Part shown: piece by piece, positions 51,599-64,000 of the stretch
Layout of the letters: the number at the start of each line of letters is the position of its first letter
How positions within the stretch are numbered: position 1 is the stretch's first letter
Origin: Lama glama
Taxonomy: Eukaryota
Length of the DNA: 64,000 bases
Direction of reading: 5' to 3'
NCBI GenBank assembly: GCA_028534125.1
Contig: CM052821.1
Coordinates: 17,360,001 to 17,424,000, forward strand
Position numbers and translations under genes: made by a program
The notes under the pieces: model-generated
Told to the model about the DNA's origin: nothing
Database searches by the model: none
Seen by the model: the letters and a program-made list of their open reading frames with translations, nothing else

Positions 51599-53289
51599 AT
51601 CAATATCATTAAAATGGACATACTGACCAAGACAATCTACAGATTTAATACAATCCCTATCAAATTACCCAGGACACTTTTCACAGAGCTAGAACAAACA
51701 ATCCTAAAATTTATAGGGAAACACAAAAGACCCAGAATTGCCAAAGCAATATTGAAGAAAAAGAATGAAGCTGGAGGAATAACCCTCCCAGACTTCATTC
51801 AATACTACAGAGCTACAGTCATCAAAACAGCAAGGTATTGGCATAAAAACAGACATATGGATCAATGCAACAGAACAGAGAGCCCAGAAGTAAACCCACA
51901 GACCTTTGGTCAGTCAATCTTTGACAAAAGAGGCAAGAATATAAAACGGAGAAAAGACAGTCTCTTCAGCAAGTGGTGTTGGGAAAACTGGACAGCAGCA
52001 TGTAAGTCAATGAAATCAGAACACTCCCTCTCTCCATACACAAAAATAAACTCAAATTGGCTTAAAGACTTAAATATAAGACAAGACGTGATAAATCTCC
52101 TAGAAGAAAACATAGGCAAAACATTCTCTGACATAAATCTAGTAATGTTCTCCTAGGGCAGTCTACTCAGGCTATAGAAATAAGAGCAAAAATAAACAAG
52201 TGGGACCTAATTAAACTTCTAAGCTTTTGCAAAGCAAAGGAAACCATAAGCAAAACAAAACGACAACCTATGGAGTAGGAGAAAATATTTGCAAATGATG
52301 TGACTGACAAAGGCTTAATTTCCAGAATATATAAACAGCTCATACAACTTAATAACAAACAAACAACCAATCCAAAAATGGGCATAAGATNNNNNNNNNN
52401 NNNNNNNNNNNNNNNNNNNNNNNNNNNNNNNNNNNNNNNNNNNNNNNNNNNNNNNNNNNNNNNNNNNNNNNNNNNNNNNNNNNNNNNNNNNNNNNNNNNN
52501 NNNNNNNNNNNNNNNNNNNNNNNNNNNNNNNNAAAAGTTCACAAATGATAAATGCTGAAGAGGCTGTGGAGAAAAGGGAACCCTCCTATACTGCTGGTGG
52601 GAATGTAGTCTGGTGCAGCCATTATTGAAAACAGGATGGAGATGCCCCCAAAAACTAAAAATAGACTTACCATATGATCCAGCAATCCCATTTCTGGATA
52701 TATTATCTAGAGGGAACTCTAATTTGAAAAGATACATCTACTCNNNNNNNNNNNNNNNNNNNNNNNNNNNNNNNNNNNNNNNNNNNNNNNNNNNNNNNNN
52801 NNNNNNNNNNNNNNNNNNNNNNNNNNNNNNNNNNNNNNNNNNNNNNNNNNNNNNNNNNNNNNNNNNNNNNNNNNNNNNNNNNNNNNNNNNNNNNNNATGG
52901 CTGGACCTGGAGATCATCATTCTAAGTGAAGTAAGCCAGAAAAAGAAAGAAAAATACCATACGATATCACTTATATGTGGAATCTAAAAAAAAAAAAAGG
53001 CACTATGAACTCATCTACAAAACAGAAACAGACTTGCAGATGTAGTAAACAATCTTACAGTTACCAGGGAAACAGGGTGGGAAGGGATCAATTTGGGAGT
53101 CTGAGATTGACAAATGTTAGTCACTATATATAAGAACAGATTTAAAAGTACAGGGAACTATGTTCAATATCTCATAATAACCTTTAATAAAGAATATGAA
53201 AACGAATATATGTATGTATATGCATGACTGGGACATTGTGCTGTACACCGAAATGGATACATTGTAACTGACTGTACTTCAATTTTAAA
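51599..53289 (+). mobile_element. Relatively young 5'-truncated LINE-1 (ORF2 C-terminal part plus 3'UTR)
   Basis: ORF 51614-52156 ([12 protein letters not shown]...[10 protein letters not shown]) is L1 ORF2; further ORF2 pieces (DLPYDPAIP); 3'UTR ends ...ctgactgtacttcaat; TSD aaaatcc(c)tcatttaa at 51583-51598 and 53290-53304; contains two N gaps and disablements. Confidence 0.95.
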
Positions 53290-53344
53290 AAAATCCTCAT
53301 TTAAAAAGCAACCCCTCAACTCTTTGCTTTGCTGACTCTGTTCT

Positions 53345-53750
53345 AATAATATTGCCCCTCAACAAGTCATATATGCCAAGCTCATTCCTACCTCAGGGCC
53401 TTTGTACTTGCTGTATCCTTCATGTAGAAACAACACTCTTCCCCCAGATAGTCACATGGCTTTCAGATCTTGGCCCAGATGTCATCTCATCTCATCAGAG
53501 GCTATCCCTGACTACTCTACCTCAAATAGTGCCTTCTCCCTCACTTTCTAACTCTATATTCTCCTTTAACTTCTGCATAACATGGAGAATGTGCACTTAT
53601 TTATATATTTGTTTACTGTCTGACTGTATCATTAAAAGTTAAGTTCCATGGTTTAAGAGCAATACTTGTTTTGCTCACTAATGTGTAAACCGCCACCACC
53701 CAAAAACTGACATTTGGGTGCTTAATAAGTATTTGTGAAGTAATGAATGA
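53345..53750 (+). mobile_element. LINE-2 3' fragment
   Basis: cctcagggcctttgtacttgctgt...gtgcttaataagtatttgtgaagtaatgaatga. Confidence 0.75.
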
Positions 53751-56700
53751 AGCTGTCATTGGACCCTTGTTTCCTTCAAAACAAAACATTTAAAAGCTAC
53801 ACTTCCACATGCATGTAATACAGTGTCCCACAGTCTCTGAGGCTGTGGATATTAATGTACTATTTTCATTTTATAGGCTACTGAAAAAGAACATATGGCT
53901 CTGTACAGATTCTAATTTAATATAAACTATATATACATACACTGAACTCAATCTATGAGAACAATTCTTTTTCCTTTCAAACGGTTGCTCATTCTGACAG
54001 CGTATCTAGTATGTCCTCTAAACATGGACATTGAAAAGATGTATTTCTTGAAGGACCCAGTTTTGCACCACATAGTCAGTAGAGGCTCAATATCTATTAA
54101 CTCCTCGTGAATTGCTACCATGTAATTCTCCTGTAAACTCTCTCTAGTGGAAAAGAAAAAGAAGTTCTACCTGGATTTCAGACCAGAAAAATGGCCTTTT
54201 ATAGTGCAAATTCCCCCAATATATCTCAAGTTAACACACAGGTTCTAGACACAAAATAAACAAAGGATTGTTTTTCTATTAAAATGATTCTGTTTGCTGT
54301 ATAAAGATAGCCATCAAAATAAATCAATGTTCATGCTTCTCAAGAGAGAAAAACTAAACTATCTATCATTTCCATGATTTTCCTGTTAGTGCCTACACCG
54401 CATACGATTCAACAGCCTCAGCCCAACTCTTCTCCGGTGAACTGCTCACCATCACTGAGGCTAAGGAATCAATACTGCATCCTTATTAGAATTTTCGTCA
54501 TATATCTTCAGATCTTAGTTCTGCTGTTAAAACAACCTCCAGCACTCAGAGCCTAAAATAACAGCTAAATATTAAACATTGAAACCCATATCATTACATA
54601 TCACCCGTTATAATGATGTGTCTGCATATTCAGATGAATGACAGCATCCTAGTATCAGAATAGTTATCAAATTGTTCCTATGTCACAGCTAACATTTAGT
54701 GCTGTTTGAGGCAAGGAAGAAAAACGATTAAATCCATGAATTATCCTCTTATTGATATTTTAAGTCAGGCACCTATTCCTCAGCTAATGATCTTCTCTCA
54801 AAGATTAATTTAGGGCCTATTACTATAATCTAGACGATGATTAATTCGGGGCTTATTAGTAAAACTATATGTGTATCATACAACTATAACAGTTTGAATG
54901 CTCATATTTCATGGGAACATAGCACTGTACAATATTTATGTAAAATTTTACAAAGCACTTTCAGATACATTTTGTCATAAGTCCTTTTAAGCCCACTATT
55001 TCATATGGTGACACATACTAACACACTTCTGATTTGGGACGAGATGTGTGAACAGAGAATAAGTTACTAATGTAGTATCAATTTTATTTCATTTGTTTAT
55101 GTATTTATTTTTATTGTTTGCCTGTTGTATTCCAGGCATTTTTCTAGGTACTGGGGATACCAAGAGGGTAAGACATGAGCCGTGCCCATTACAGCAGTGG
55201 CTGTTTAAGTATGGGAAAAAAATGTATTTTTACACAGCATCAAATAAATTTGTGTGCATGTTTGTATGTGTATATATGTGTATTCATGTATATATGCTAT
55301 ATGTAAAATTTATACATATATTATATATATGCAAATATATTACAGATTACACGTACATATATCTTCTGATCTATGTAAGTCACTGGTTATACTCTGAACA
55401 CACATAATTATTGAAGTTGGAATGGATGCTATAATTTTTTGGAAAATGAAGGTTTAATATGCAGATAATGGTAGCTTTCCTGGAAACACAGAAATATGCT
55501 CAAGTTTCCAGCTGTGATGAAAGAAACTGAGTAATATTTGGGGAAAAAAATGGCTTCTATAGAGTCATCTGAAAGCAGAATTATCTTTAAGAGTAGGGAG
55601 CAATTTACGCAGCTGATTTGAACTTCCTGGGCTAAACATCAGCCAGCCAGACAGTTCAAAGTGCTTCCTCTGGAGATCTGAGTCTTGGAGAGTTTGCTTG
55701 TCTGGAATTCCCAATGAAAAAGGTCAAGTGCCAGAGTGATGAAACTACCGAAGTCCCTAGGAGTTAATTTCTTAAAGCAAAGACCACGTCTCTCCAAAAC
55801 AAACAAACAAAAAACATTAGCTCTGAAAGCAGGGTCCTGTGAAAATGAAATCCTGCTTAGATTCTGGAATAACAGGGGAGGTGGGGAAAAAAAAAAACCC
55901 AAAACAAAGCATACCTACTACTATTTTCAATTTGGTTTGGAGACAACCCCGACTAGAAAATTCATCATAATCTTCATTAAAATCTCAGATGGACTTCATT
56001 TGAATTTCAGACATTTAGTAGTGTCTAAAATTTCACTGAAGTGATAGAAAAGATATTCAAAACATTTTCTTTTCCCCAAGCTAATATTATTCTGAGTCCT
56101 CATTTAGTTTTACTTTAAACATGACTAAAAAGCACCATTTCAAGCCTTTACAATGGCCAGTGTCCTATTTATATAATTACCAACCTATTTTTTTCCATCT
56201 CTACCCTTAAGATATTTTAAATAAATCATTAATTCATCCTCAAATTAATCTTTAGCATTAAATCTGGCTATTCTAAGATTTTACCATAAGTATCAGTTGA
56301 ACAGTGAAATGTGGGGCATGTAAGGTTTAGATAAAGCAAAACCCTTTCTTTCCCATCAGTAACACTGCGCTTTTCCCACTCTGGGTTCAGTGAGAGAATT
56401 TAAGCCCTGATATTCTAAGGTATCCATACTCCTGTGCATGTCGAATGACACTAATTGTGTATCATCCTTGTAAGAATTAAGAGAACAACCAGTCAAAAAA
56501 TTTTCATTTCTGTGTTTCAAACAGGGAACCAGGTTGAGAAAGATCCAGTGTTACTCCATCCAAAATGTCCTTCTGCAGAGGCTGTCTTTGTAATCACGGC
56601 TGACTAATACCTACCCATCTCAATGGTCCTTTGTTGTTCCTCAGTTCACTGTCCTCTGTAGTCAGGAATCCTGCTTCCTCGCTCTCCCTCTTCCTTACCA

Positions 56701-57069
56701 GGATCTCTGCCCATTTCCCCACTCTACCCTCCCACCAAAAGTCTGTACAGGTTACATACATTCTGGAGGAAATCATGCATAGATGGTCTAACTTCATAAT
56801 CTTTTCATAGTGACACATTCCTTTAGGGGCGGGGGAAAGCTGCTAGTAAGTTTTTGTGAACGATTTTGGCTGACAAGAGCTGATGTTCTTGTGCATGGTT
56901 ATCTGAGTCACAACGGCCCCAGGAGGAGGAGGAGGAGAAGCACACGTTCCTTTAGACAGTTGGGTGAGTTATTTCGTGATGCTTTTCCCACAGCGTGTAA
57001 CTTACAGACCTGCTTCTTCCAAGGCTTTGGTTAAAACTAAACAAAAAGTCAACAAACCAAAACCTCTTT

Positions 57070-57818
57070 TATTTGTTTATAACTTAATTTCTTTCTCATT
57101 GAGATAACACTGGTTTGTAACACTATATAGTTTTCGTGTGTATAACATTGTATTTTGACTTCTGTACACACTGCAGTGTGCTCACTACCAAAAGTTACTT
57201 CCCATCCATCAACATACATATTGATCCCTTTTACCCACTTCTCCCTCCCTTGCTTCCCCTCTGGTTACCACTACTCTGTTCTCTGTATCCACATGTTTGT
57301 TTTTGTTTGGTTTGGTTTGTTCACCTGTTTTTATTGTTGTTTTATCTTCCATGTAAGAGTGAAATAATACAGTATTTGTCTTTCTCCATCTGACTCACTT
57401 CACTTAGCATAATACCCTAAGATCCACTTGTGCTGTCACAAATAGGAAGATTTTATCTTTTTAGGACTGAGTAATATTCCACTGTGAGTGTGTGTGTGTG
57501 TGTGTGTGTGTATACATCTTCTTTCTCCATTCATCAACTGATGGCCACTTAGGTTGCAACCATATTTTGGCTGTTATAAATAATGCTGTGATGAACAAAG
57601 GGTGCATATATCTTTTCAAGTTATTGTTTTCATATTTTTTAGATAAATACACAAAAGAGGGATACCTGGATCATACAGTAGTTCTATTCTTAATTTTTGA
57701 GAAAACTCCATACTGTTTTCCATAATGGCTGCACCAATTTACATTCCCACCAACCACAGTGTATGAAGGTTTCCCCTTGTCTCCACATCCTTGCCAACAC
57801 CTGTTATTTCTGGTCTCA
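57070..57818 (-). mobile_element. L1MA-like 3' end with internal (TG)n
   Basis: Antisense L1 3'UTR (atacagtatttgtctttc...ggctgcaccaatttacattcccaccaa); TSD aaaacctcttt at 57059-57069 and 57819-57829. Confidence 0.9.
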
Positions 57819-59241
57819 AAAACCTCTTTAAATATTTCTATCACTTACTTAAATGTTCAAAAAGGTCTTAGGAAAATACCTTTTCCTCCAAGAATTATTA
57901 TAATTCTGTCCCATGTGCCTGGGCCTTTTCTGTCAGGCCACTTACTGTAATGACTTTCTTTGGCATCTAATTTCTTCATGATGGGCTCTCCTTTCAAAGC
58001 AGGAAACCATCTTATATTTCATTTGAAGTGCAAAACTATGACTCGTTTTCTTCATAAGAACAAAGAAAAATGGTAAGTCTGGGCCCCTCAATCTACTATC
58101 TTGTATTACGGAGCCAGTTTTCCATTGCTGATTACTGCTCTCGCCTGGTTTTATCATACTGAGAAGAGGGAGGACTTTTTGTTGTGTTCATTGATCTTTT
58201 CTGTCTTTGATTCTATAAACAGGAACTATCTCTGAGTCGAGCTGTACACTCCGGGATTAAAGCCCAAGCTATTAACACTTTTTCAAAGGGTATACCATAA
58301 TACCACTGTCAGAACCAGGGCGGATAAGAATGCTTGCCTGACAGATCAAATTCTAATTCTAAATGGTAGCATATCCCCTTTCCTGTTAACCTTTATCAAG
58401 ATCACTTGATAATGTTTTCAGCTCAATTAGAATTATGCCTACAGGTTCTGCCAAACTAAAAGTTGACTGTATGCCATTGTTTTATTATCAGGATGTATTG
58501 ATTAATTCTTGCTATAAAGAAGGTAGCATAAGATATACTTACAATAAAATGTTTATATTTGGCAGACATTCTATAATATATATATATAAATGAAAAACTG
58601 TACCTCCACCCCAAAGTTTACTCATTCAGCTACCAGGGGTGAGGGCATACTTTGCAGAAAACTCAACTTGCCACGCTCCCCAGGAAGCAGTTGCAGCCTA
58701 AACTGAACAGTGTCTGAGGGTCATTTCATTCTTTCATTGTCTGGGTGGCCAGTTTGTAACAGCTGCCTTTTAAATGCTATGGATCAAATCATCTCTTTTG
58801 TGCTTCAATGGCACAGATTCTACAGGTTTTGTAGAACTGACCTGAAATAATTTGAAAGATCCAAAATGCAGAAAGTCCTGCGCTCTGAAGAAGCAGGGGT
58901 AGGGGAGGGGGTCTCACCTGGCTGCAGACATCCTTGCAGTTTATTTCTGTGTGGAAGTGGGAGGTGTATGTCTGGGAAAGAATTCGTCAGATTCTTCAAG
59001 TTTTTGTAACAGGACACAAACTTCGTTTTCTACACTTCCAAACTCTGTTTCACATGGGTGCAATTTTATGAATGACATCAGAGACTATCGGCACTTGAAG
59101 CAATTCTCAGAAAATTCATCTTTCAGTGCTTGCCAGAAGTGGGCCTTGAAACAACTACTTTTGAAGGCTACTGTCTAAGGATTTACTAATGACTGGTGTC
59201 ATTTCTGTGTTTGCTATGTTCCAACCTGTATCTAGTAAACT

Positions 59242-59525
59242 AATGTTTCCCAAACTCTGGTATCTGCAGTGTTAGTGTTAACTTGAAGAAAGGTTCCATA
59301 GTCAAATAAATTGGGGAAATACTGGGTTAAACAAAATTAATTACCTTTATTTCCTATTGGACTTCTACGGTTCCTGAATATGCTAGTATAGTGTTGAGTC
59401 TACAAAAGGGAGATTGCAGTCTGTTGCATTTTCCAAGGTAATTTAATGTGAACCCATTTTTGATGAAGTAACTGTTAACATCCAGCATAATTAGTTTTCT
59501 GAAGAACAAAGGTTGAGAAATGCTC
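59242..59525. mobile_element. hAT-Charlie-type MITE
   Basis: TIR-like ends tgtttcccaaact...ggttgagaaatgct and internal ggttccatagtcaaataaattggggaaatactgggttaaacaaa; subfamily uncertain. Confidence 0.6.
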
Positions 59526-60459
59526 CAGAAATCAATACGTCCCGACTCTACTACCTGCATTTCCTGAAGAAATTACTTCCCTGCATTATGATATAATGTG
59601 ATGCCCCTGGATTTTTATAGCGAGTCAGTAAGAAGAAGTGTTTTTAAAATAACTTTTCTATCGTTTTTCATAACATAATTTTAGCATCTATCTATACACT
59701 TTAGACAAACATTCATAGTGTACATTCCTTCCAGAATTTGTCACCAGGTATTGATTACCTCTCTAGGTTTTTTAATGGGCAATGAGACTTATAAACAGTA
59801 AGAGCTTTTTTTTTTTCCCCTCCTCTTGACTGTGAGGGAGCTCAAGCTCAAATGTATGTACTTTAATATTATAACAAACATATTCTGGGTTGCTGAGAGT
59901 TTTTCTTTATAAACAATGTTTTATGTCTTTTGTATTATAATAGGTATCTTGATGTTTAGCTTATATTGTTATAACTGAGTTAATAAATTCCACCCTAATA
60001 AATATAGTGAAGAATGTCAAGTGTGAAGGTGTAATTGAGATAAATCACACAGAATACCTAGTTCAGTATCTCAATAATGGTAAGCATGAAATAAATGGCA
60101 GCTGTAGTTACTACTAATGTTATTACTTTTAATTGTTTTGTCTTTCCCTTTTTCATGTTAATGGTCCAGAAGAATAAAAGATAAAAAGTAAATTTTCTTT
60201 CCTCATTAGTTCTCATCCTCACTCCCATTCCTCAATCAGAAACATTTTTTTTTACTGTTTCACTTTACAAACTTCTGAAAACTACAAAATACATGTTGCA
60301 TTTCTTCATTTATTGTTTTTAGAGTGTTTGTCAAAGTTATCTGTGAAAGAGGGAAATCTGTTTCACTCCCTGTCCGCTCTTTCCTCCTCATTTCATAATG
60401 GTAGTTCTTCTATTAGTTATATTTATGAAGTATAAATAGCGTATGTAAAACTTTGCTTT

Positions 60460-62700
60460 TTTAAAATACACTTTTTGGAATATAGCATATACACAAGAAA
60501 TGCATGAAGTAAAAGTGAACAGCTAGATGAGTTTTCACCCAGTAAACACATCCATGTAACCACAGCTCTGATTAGGATACAGATTTGTACCAATATCCTG
60601 TAAGTTGCCTCCTGTCTCCAAATTATCTTGATTTCTATCCTTATAGTTTGACTGTTTCTAAACTTTTTAATAAATGGATCATATAATTTTTTTGTGTTTA
60701 GCTTCTTTCACTCAACATAATTCTTGTGAGAGTCATCCATTTTCCTGAATGGAGCAGCAGTGCTTTCTTTTTAGTTACATACAGTGTGCCATTAAACACC
60801 ACAATATATTTATCCATTCTACTGTTAAAGAACTTCTGCGTTGTTTCCAACCTTATGCTAGAGTAAATACTGCTGCAATAACCCTTCTTGTGCAACTCCT
60901 TTGCATTATATACATGTTATGCATTTTTGTTGGGTATAAAACCAGGAGTGGTATTGCTGGGTTATATGATAAGTTATGTTACAGTTCAGTAGGTTATTAC
61001 CAAACAGTTTCCCAAAATGGTAATATCAAATTATACGTCCATGAGAAGTGCATGAAAGTTTCAGTTGCCTCATATCCAGGCCAACATTTGATAGTGCCAG
61101 TCTTTTTAATTGTGGTCTCTTTTTCTTCAATATGTCAACTTCACATAGTACCTTAAGATATATTCCACATAAACTGAGGAAATTAGCAGCCCATACTTCC
61201 CTCCATTTGACTTCCCTCCATAAACCTCCAAGCTTATCAGGTATATAATTATTTTTATATGATAAAAGTTTACAACATTTACATTTTCTTTCCTAATTAT
61301 AAGGTAGTTTTGTGCTTTCTCTGTATAGCCTGACTATAAATTAAAAAATCCAATAAATGACAATTACAAAACTATGCTTATATAAATATTATTCATTGTA
61401 AAATAAAATGATGTGATGGAACTTACAAAGCAGGGCATGCAATTCTGTTACTAAATCTGTGATACTCAGTGGAGAATCTTCCAAGTATAAAGGTCAAGTT
61501 CATTCTCCAACAATTGTTTAAAAACATGACATACTGTATGTACACTGCTTCGTATTTGGATTTTTACTTTTTTGTCTAGCTTTTGTGCTCTTTAGGGTTT
61601 CTAATTGCCTTTCTTTTTTCTTGCTGACAGCAGAACACTTACATCACCACTTCATCATTAATTTTGTTTATTTTAGTCATTAATAATTGTAAGAAATCCA
61701 TGTTCTTTGGAAGATATTATTTTTCAGGCCCTCTGACTCTGGCGCTGTGTTCTAACATAGACTGAATGCTCGCTACTACGTAACTGCCATCCTGGGGTAT
61801 CGTTCTACCGCACTCTTCAGTCAGATGCACGGCTTCTCCACTTTTACACTTTCCTCTCTCCTAGGTGCGTTCATTCTTTCTCTCTACATATATATATTTA
61901 TACACACACACACACATATATATACATATGTGTATATGTATATAGTTCCTTTTTTTTCTCTGCTTAAGTGTATTCTTACCAAGTTTTTTCTAAAAGGCTC
62001 AGTGTTGTTTTTTTTTTCCTCCTAAAAGTGCATGTTGGATATAAATCACCTGAATCACTGCATGCCTAAATATGTCTATTTTATGCTCACCCTGGATTGA
62101 CAGTTCTAGGATTAAAAGCATACCTTCTCAAAAGTTTGAAAGCATTGAAAAAATGTTTCTAGGATCTAGTGTTGATAAAAAGACTGATACCAAGTTGATT
62201 CTCATTCCTTTATAGGAAATCTTTTTCTGTTTCTCTTGAAAAGCTCTTAGGATCTTCTTTTTTCATAATGTCCTAGAATTTCAGGAGAATCTGTCTAGGT
62301 CTTTCTTCAGTCACCTTGCTTAGGGCTCAATGAGCCCTTTCAATCTGAAAACATTGTTTAGTTTCAGGAATTTACATCAGTCGTATCCATTCTAGTTTCC
62401 TCCCCCCTCTGCTCCCTCAACGCCTTTTTAGGTTGTTGCAGTGTCTTTCCAACTGATCCTCTTATGTACCTACTTTCTCCAAGTATCTGCCTTTACTTTA
62501 TCAGCTTTTTCTTTTAGTGAATATTTATTTAGCAGTCACATTTTTATATTCTAAAAATTCCATATACTTTTCATCACAGCTGGTCTCGTTTTATGTATGT
62601 TAATACCATCTTGAACATTTCTGAGGTTAATACTTAGAATGTTTGAGAATGTATCTTCTGTCCTCAAATAAACTCTTCTTTCTACAAGTTAAGTTGTTAG
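60460..62700 (-). mobile_element. Cluster of old antisense L1M fragments
   Basis: Antisense L1 3'UTR motifs at 60460-61120 (cttctttcactcaacataa...tatccattctactgtt) and degenerate ORF2-derived T-rich sequence further right. Confidence 0.65.
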
Positions 62701-63714
62701 TCCTCGAGTGTCAGTGGTGATCACTTTACATTTATTAATAGAGAACTAGGTTACTAATGCAAGTAGCTAGCACGAGGTATATAGATACATGTCTTTCTTC
62801 TGAATGACAGGACATGGTAACTGGCAGGCTTTACCTGAAGGCCTAGGGCTGGGAACAGACAGTAAGGTAAGCAGCATGTTACACCTGCCTGTTCCTCACT
62901 AACTTCACGCCAAAATGGGGAGGGTTTTACTCTGGGGGTCATCATCACTACAGATCCACGAATATCTTAAAAGACTGGTTTTCCAGTTTTCGATTGGGGA
63001 ACAATGCTACAATGAAGGGTGATTAGAGGAAAGTAGGGTTGAGTTTCCCAAGTGCTTCATCCTTTAGAAAAATCACATTATTTTCTACCTTCTTATTCTT
63101 CCTGATCTCCCAAATCAGCACAAAATTGGAGCCTATCTGTGGCCCCACTGCCAGGAAGCATGACTCATCCTTCTATTTTTCTTGTATTTGTCCTGAACTG
63201 TAACGTCTGCTCTGGTTTATCTACTTCCCATCTTTTGGAAATTTCTGAAAATCTCTGGTCTCTTGATATCCATTTTAAGAACTGCCCTTTTTATTTTCAT
63301 GTTGACATTCGGGAGGCAGCTGAGGGAGTTTTTGGTCAGTGGGCCTCGGGCCCCTAATCCTTATACAGATTTTTAACATTCGGTTGGCATACACCTAAGA
63401 CAAATAAATAAATATCGACATAAAAACATCATTAGAAATTAATACTCCTGGAAACTGCCTTGAGTCGAGACTTCATCACTGAATCGTCACAGTCTGTGAA
63501 CCAACTTTACCAACAAAGCATTTAGACAGCAAAGGCAATAAACGCAGTTCATTTTTGATCTGTCTGAGGTCACCCAGCTTTACAGAATGGGAGAGACTCA
63601 ATTCAATCAGAAACTCTGTGGGGTCCTAGATATTCTGCAGATTGAATTCGACTGGGAATTTTGTCATGCAGAATTTAACAAGAGTTTTGTCCTTCAGCCT
63701 CCAGCTCCCAGGTG

Positions 63715-63815
63715 CTGTCCCTGGCCTCCCGCCAGAATCTTCCTCCAGACGGCCCCCGAGCGAGCGGGCTTCCGGGGGAGGAGGGGAAGGAGGAGGGCAC
63801 GGAACACCCCCCTTG
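63715..63815. promoter_or_regulatory. Short GC/CpG-rich patch, candidate promoter or edge of a CpG island
   Basis: 7 CpGs between 63730 and 63801 in a CpG-depleted window; ETS-like CTTCCGG, E2F-like TCCCGCC and SP/KLF-like GGGGGAGG motifs; lies 5' of the minus-strand gene. Confidence 0.4.
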
Positions 63816-64000
63816 TTAGGAGGGAAACTGGGAAATCAGCAGGTGTTAGAGGGTGCTGAAGCTCCTTGGAATAGTCCTGGGGCTTACTTCCTCATGTGAT
63901 ATGAAAACCGGAAAGAATAATTTCAAAACTCCAGCACTCCAGAGAAAGGGAAGGAGTTACTTGAAATATTCCAAGTCCAAAATGAACATATGAGATTGGT

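Noticed and set aside
1-64000. Prokaryotic-type systems (CRISPR arrays, operons, defence islands)
   Set aside because: The sequence is mammalian; no regularly spaced repeat-spacer array or gene-dense region was seen.

Overview
AT-rich mammalian genomic DNA, most likely camelid (alpaca/camel), judging by a tRNA-Ala-derived Vic-1-type SINE. There are three N gaps (31384-31531, 52391-52532, 52744-52896). Most of the window is intron-like sequence full of old repeats (L1, L2, MIR, hAT-Charlie MITEs, MaLR and ERV1 solo LTRs, microsatellites), and nearly all listed ORFs are noise. The main signal is a minus-strand locus related to LAS2/C18orf54. One intact first coding exon (41473-41771; AG acceptor, gccATGG start, phase-1 GT donor) encodes a divergent LAS2 N-terminal domain. 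Further left, in the same order as the LAS2 protein, lie apparently broken exon remnants at about 25.0-25.6 kb, 12.0-12.2 kb and possibly 4.9-5.1 kb. This looks like an ancient LAS2 paralogue that is decaying or has been cut down to its N-terminal module. A short CpG-rich patch at the right edge may be its promoter. The window also holds a U1 snRNA retrocopy, a near-perfect 75-bp-arm nested palindrome, and several ultra-short L1-tail insertions. All homology calls rest on sequences recalled from memory; no searches were run.
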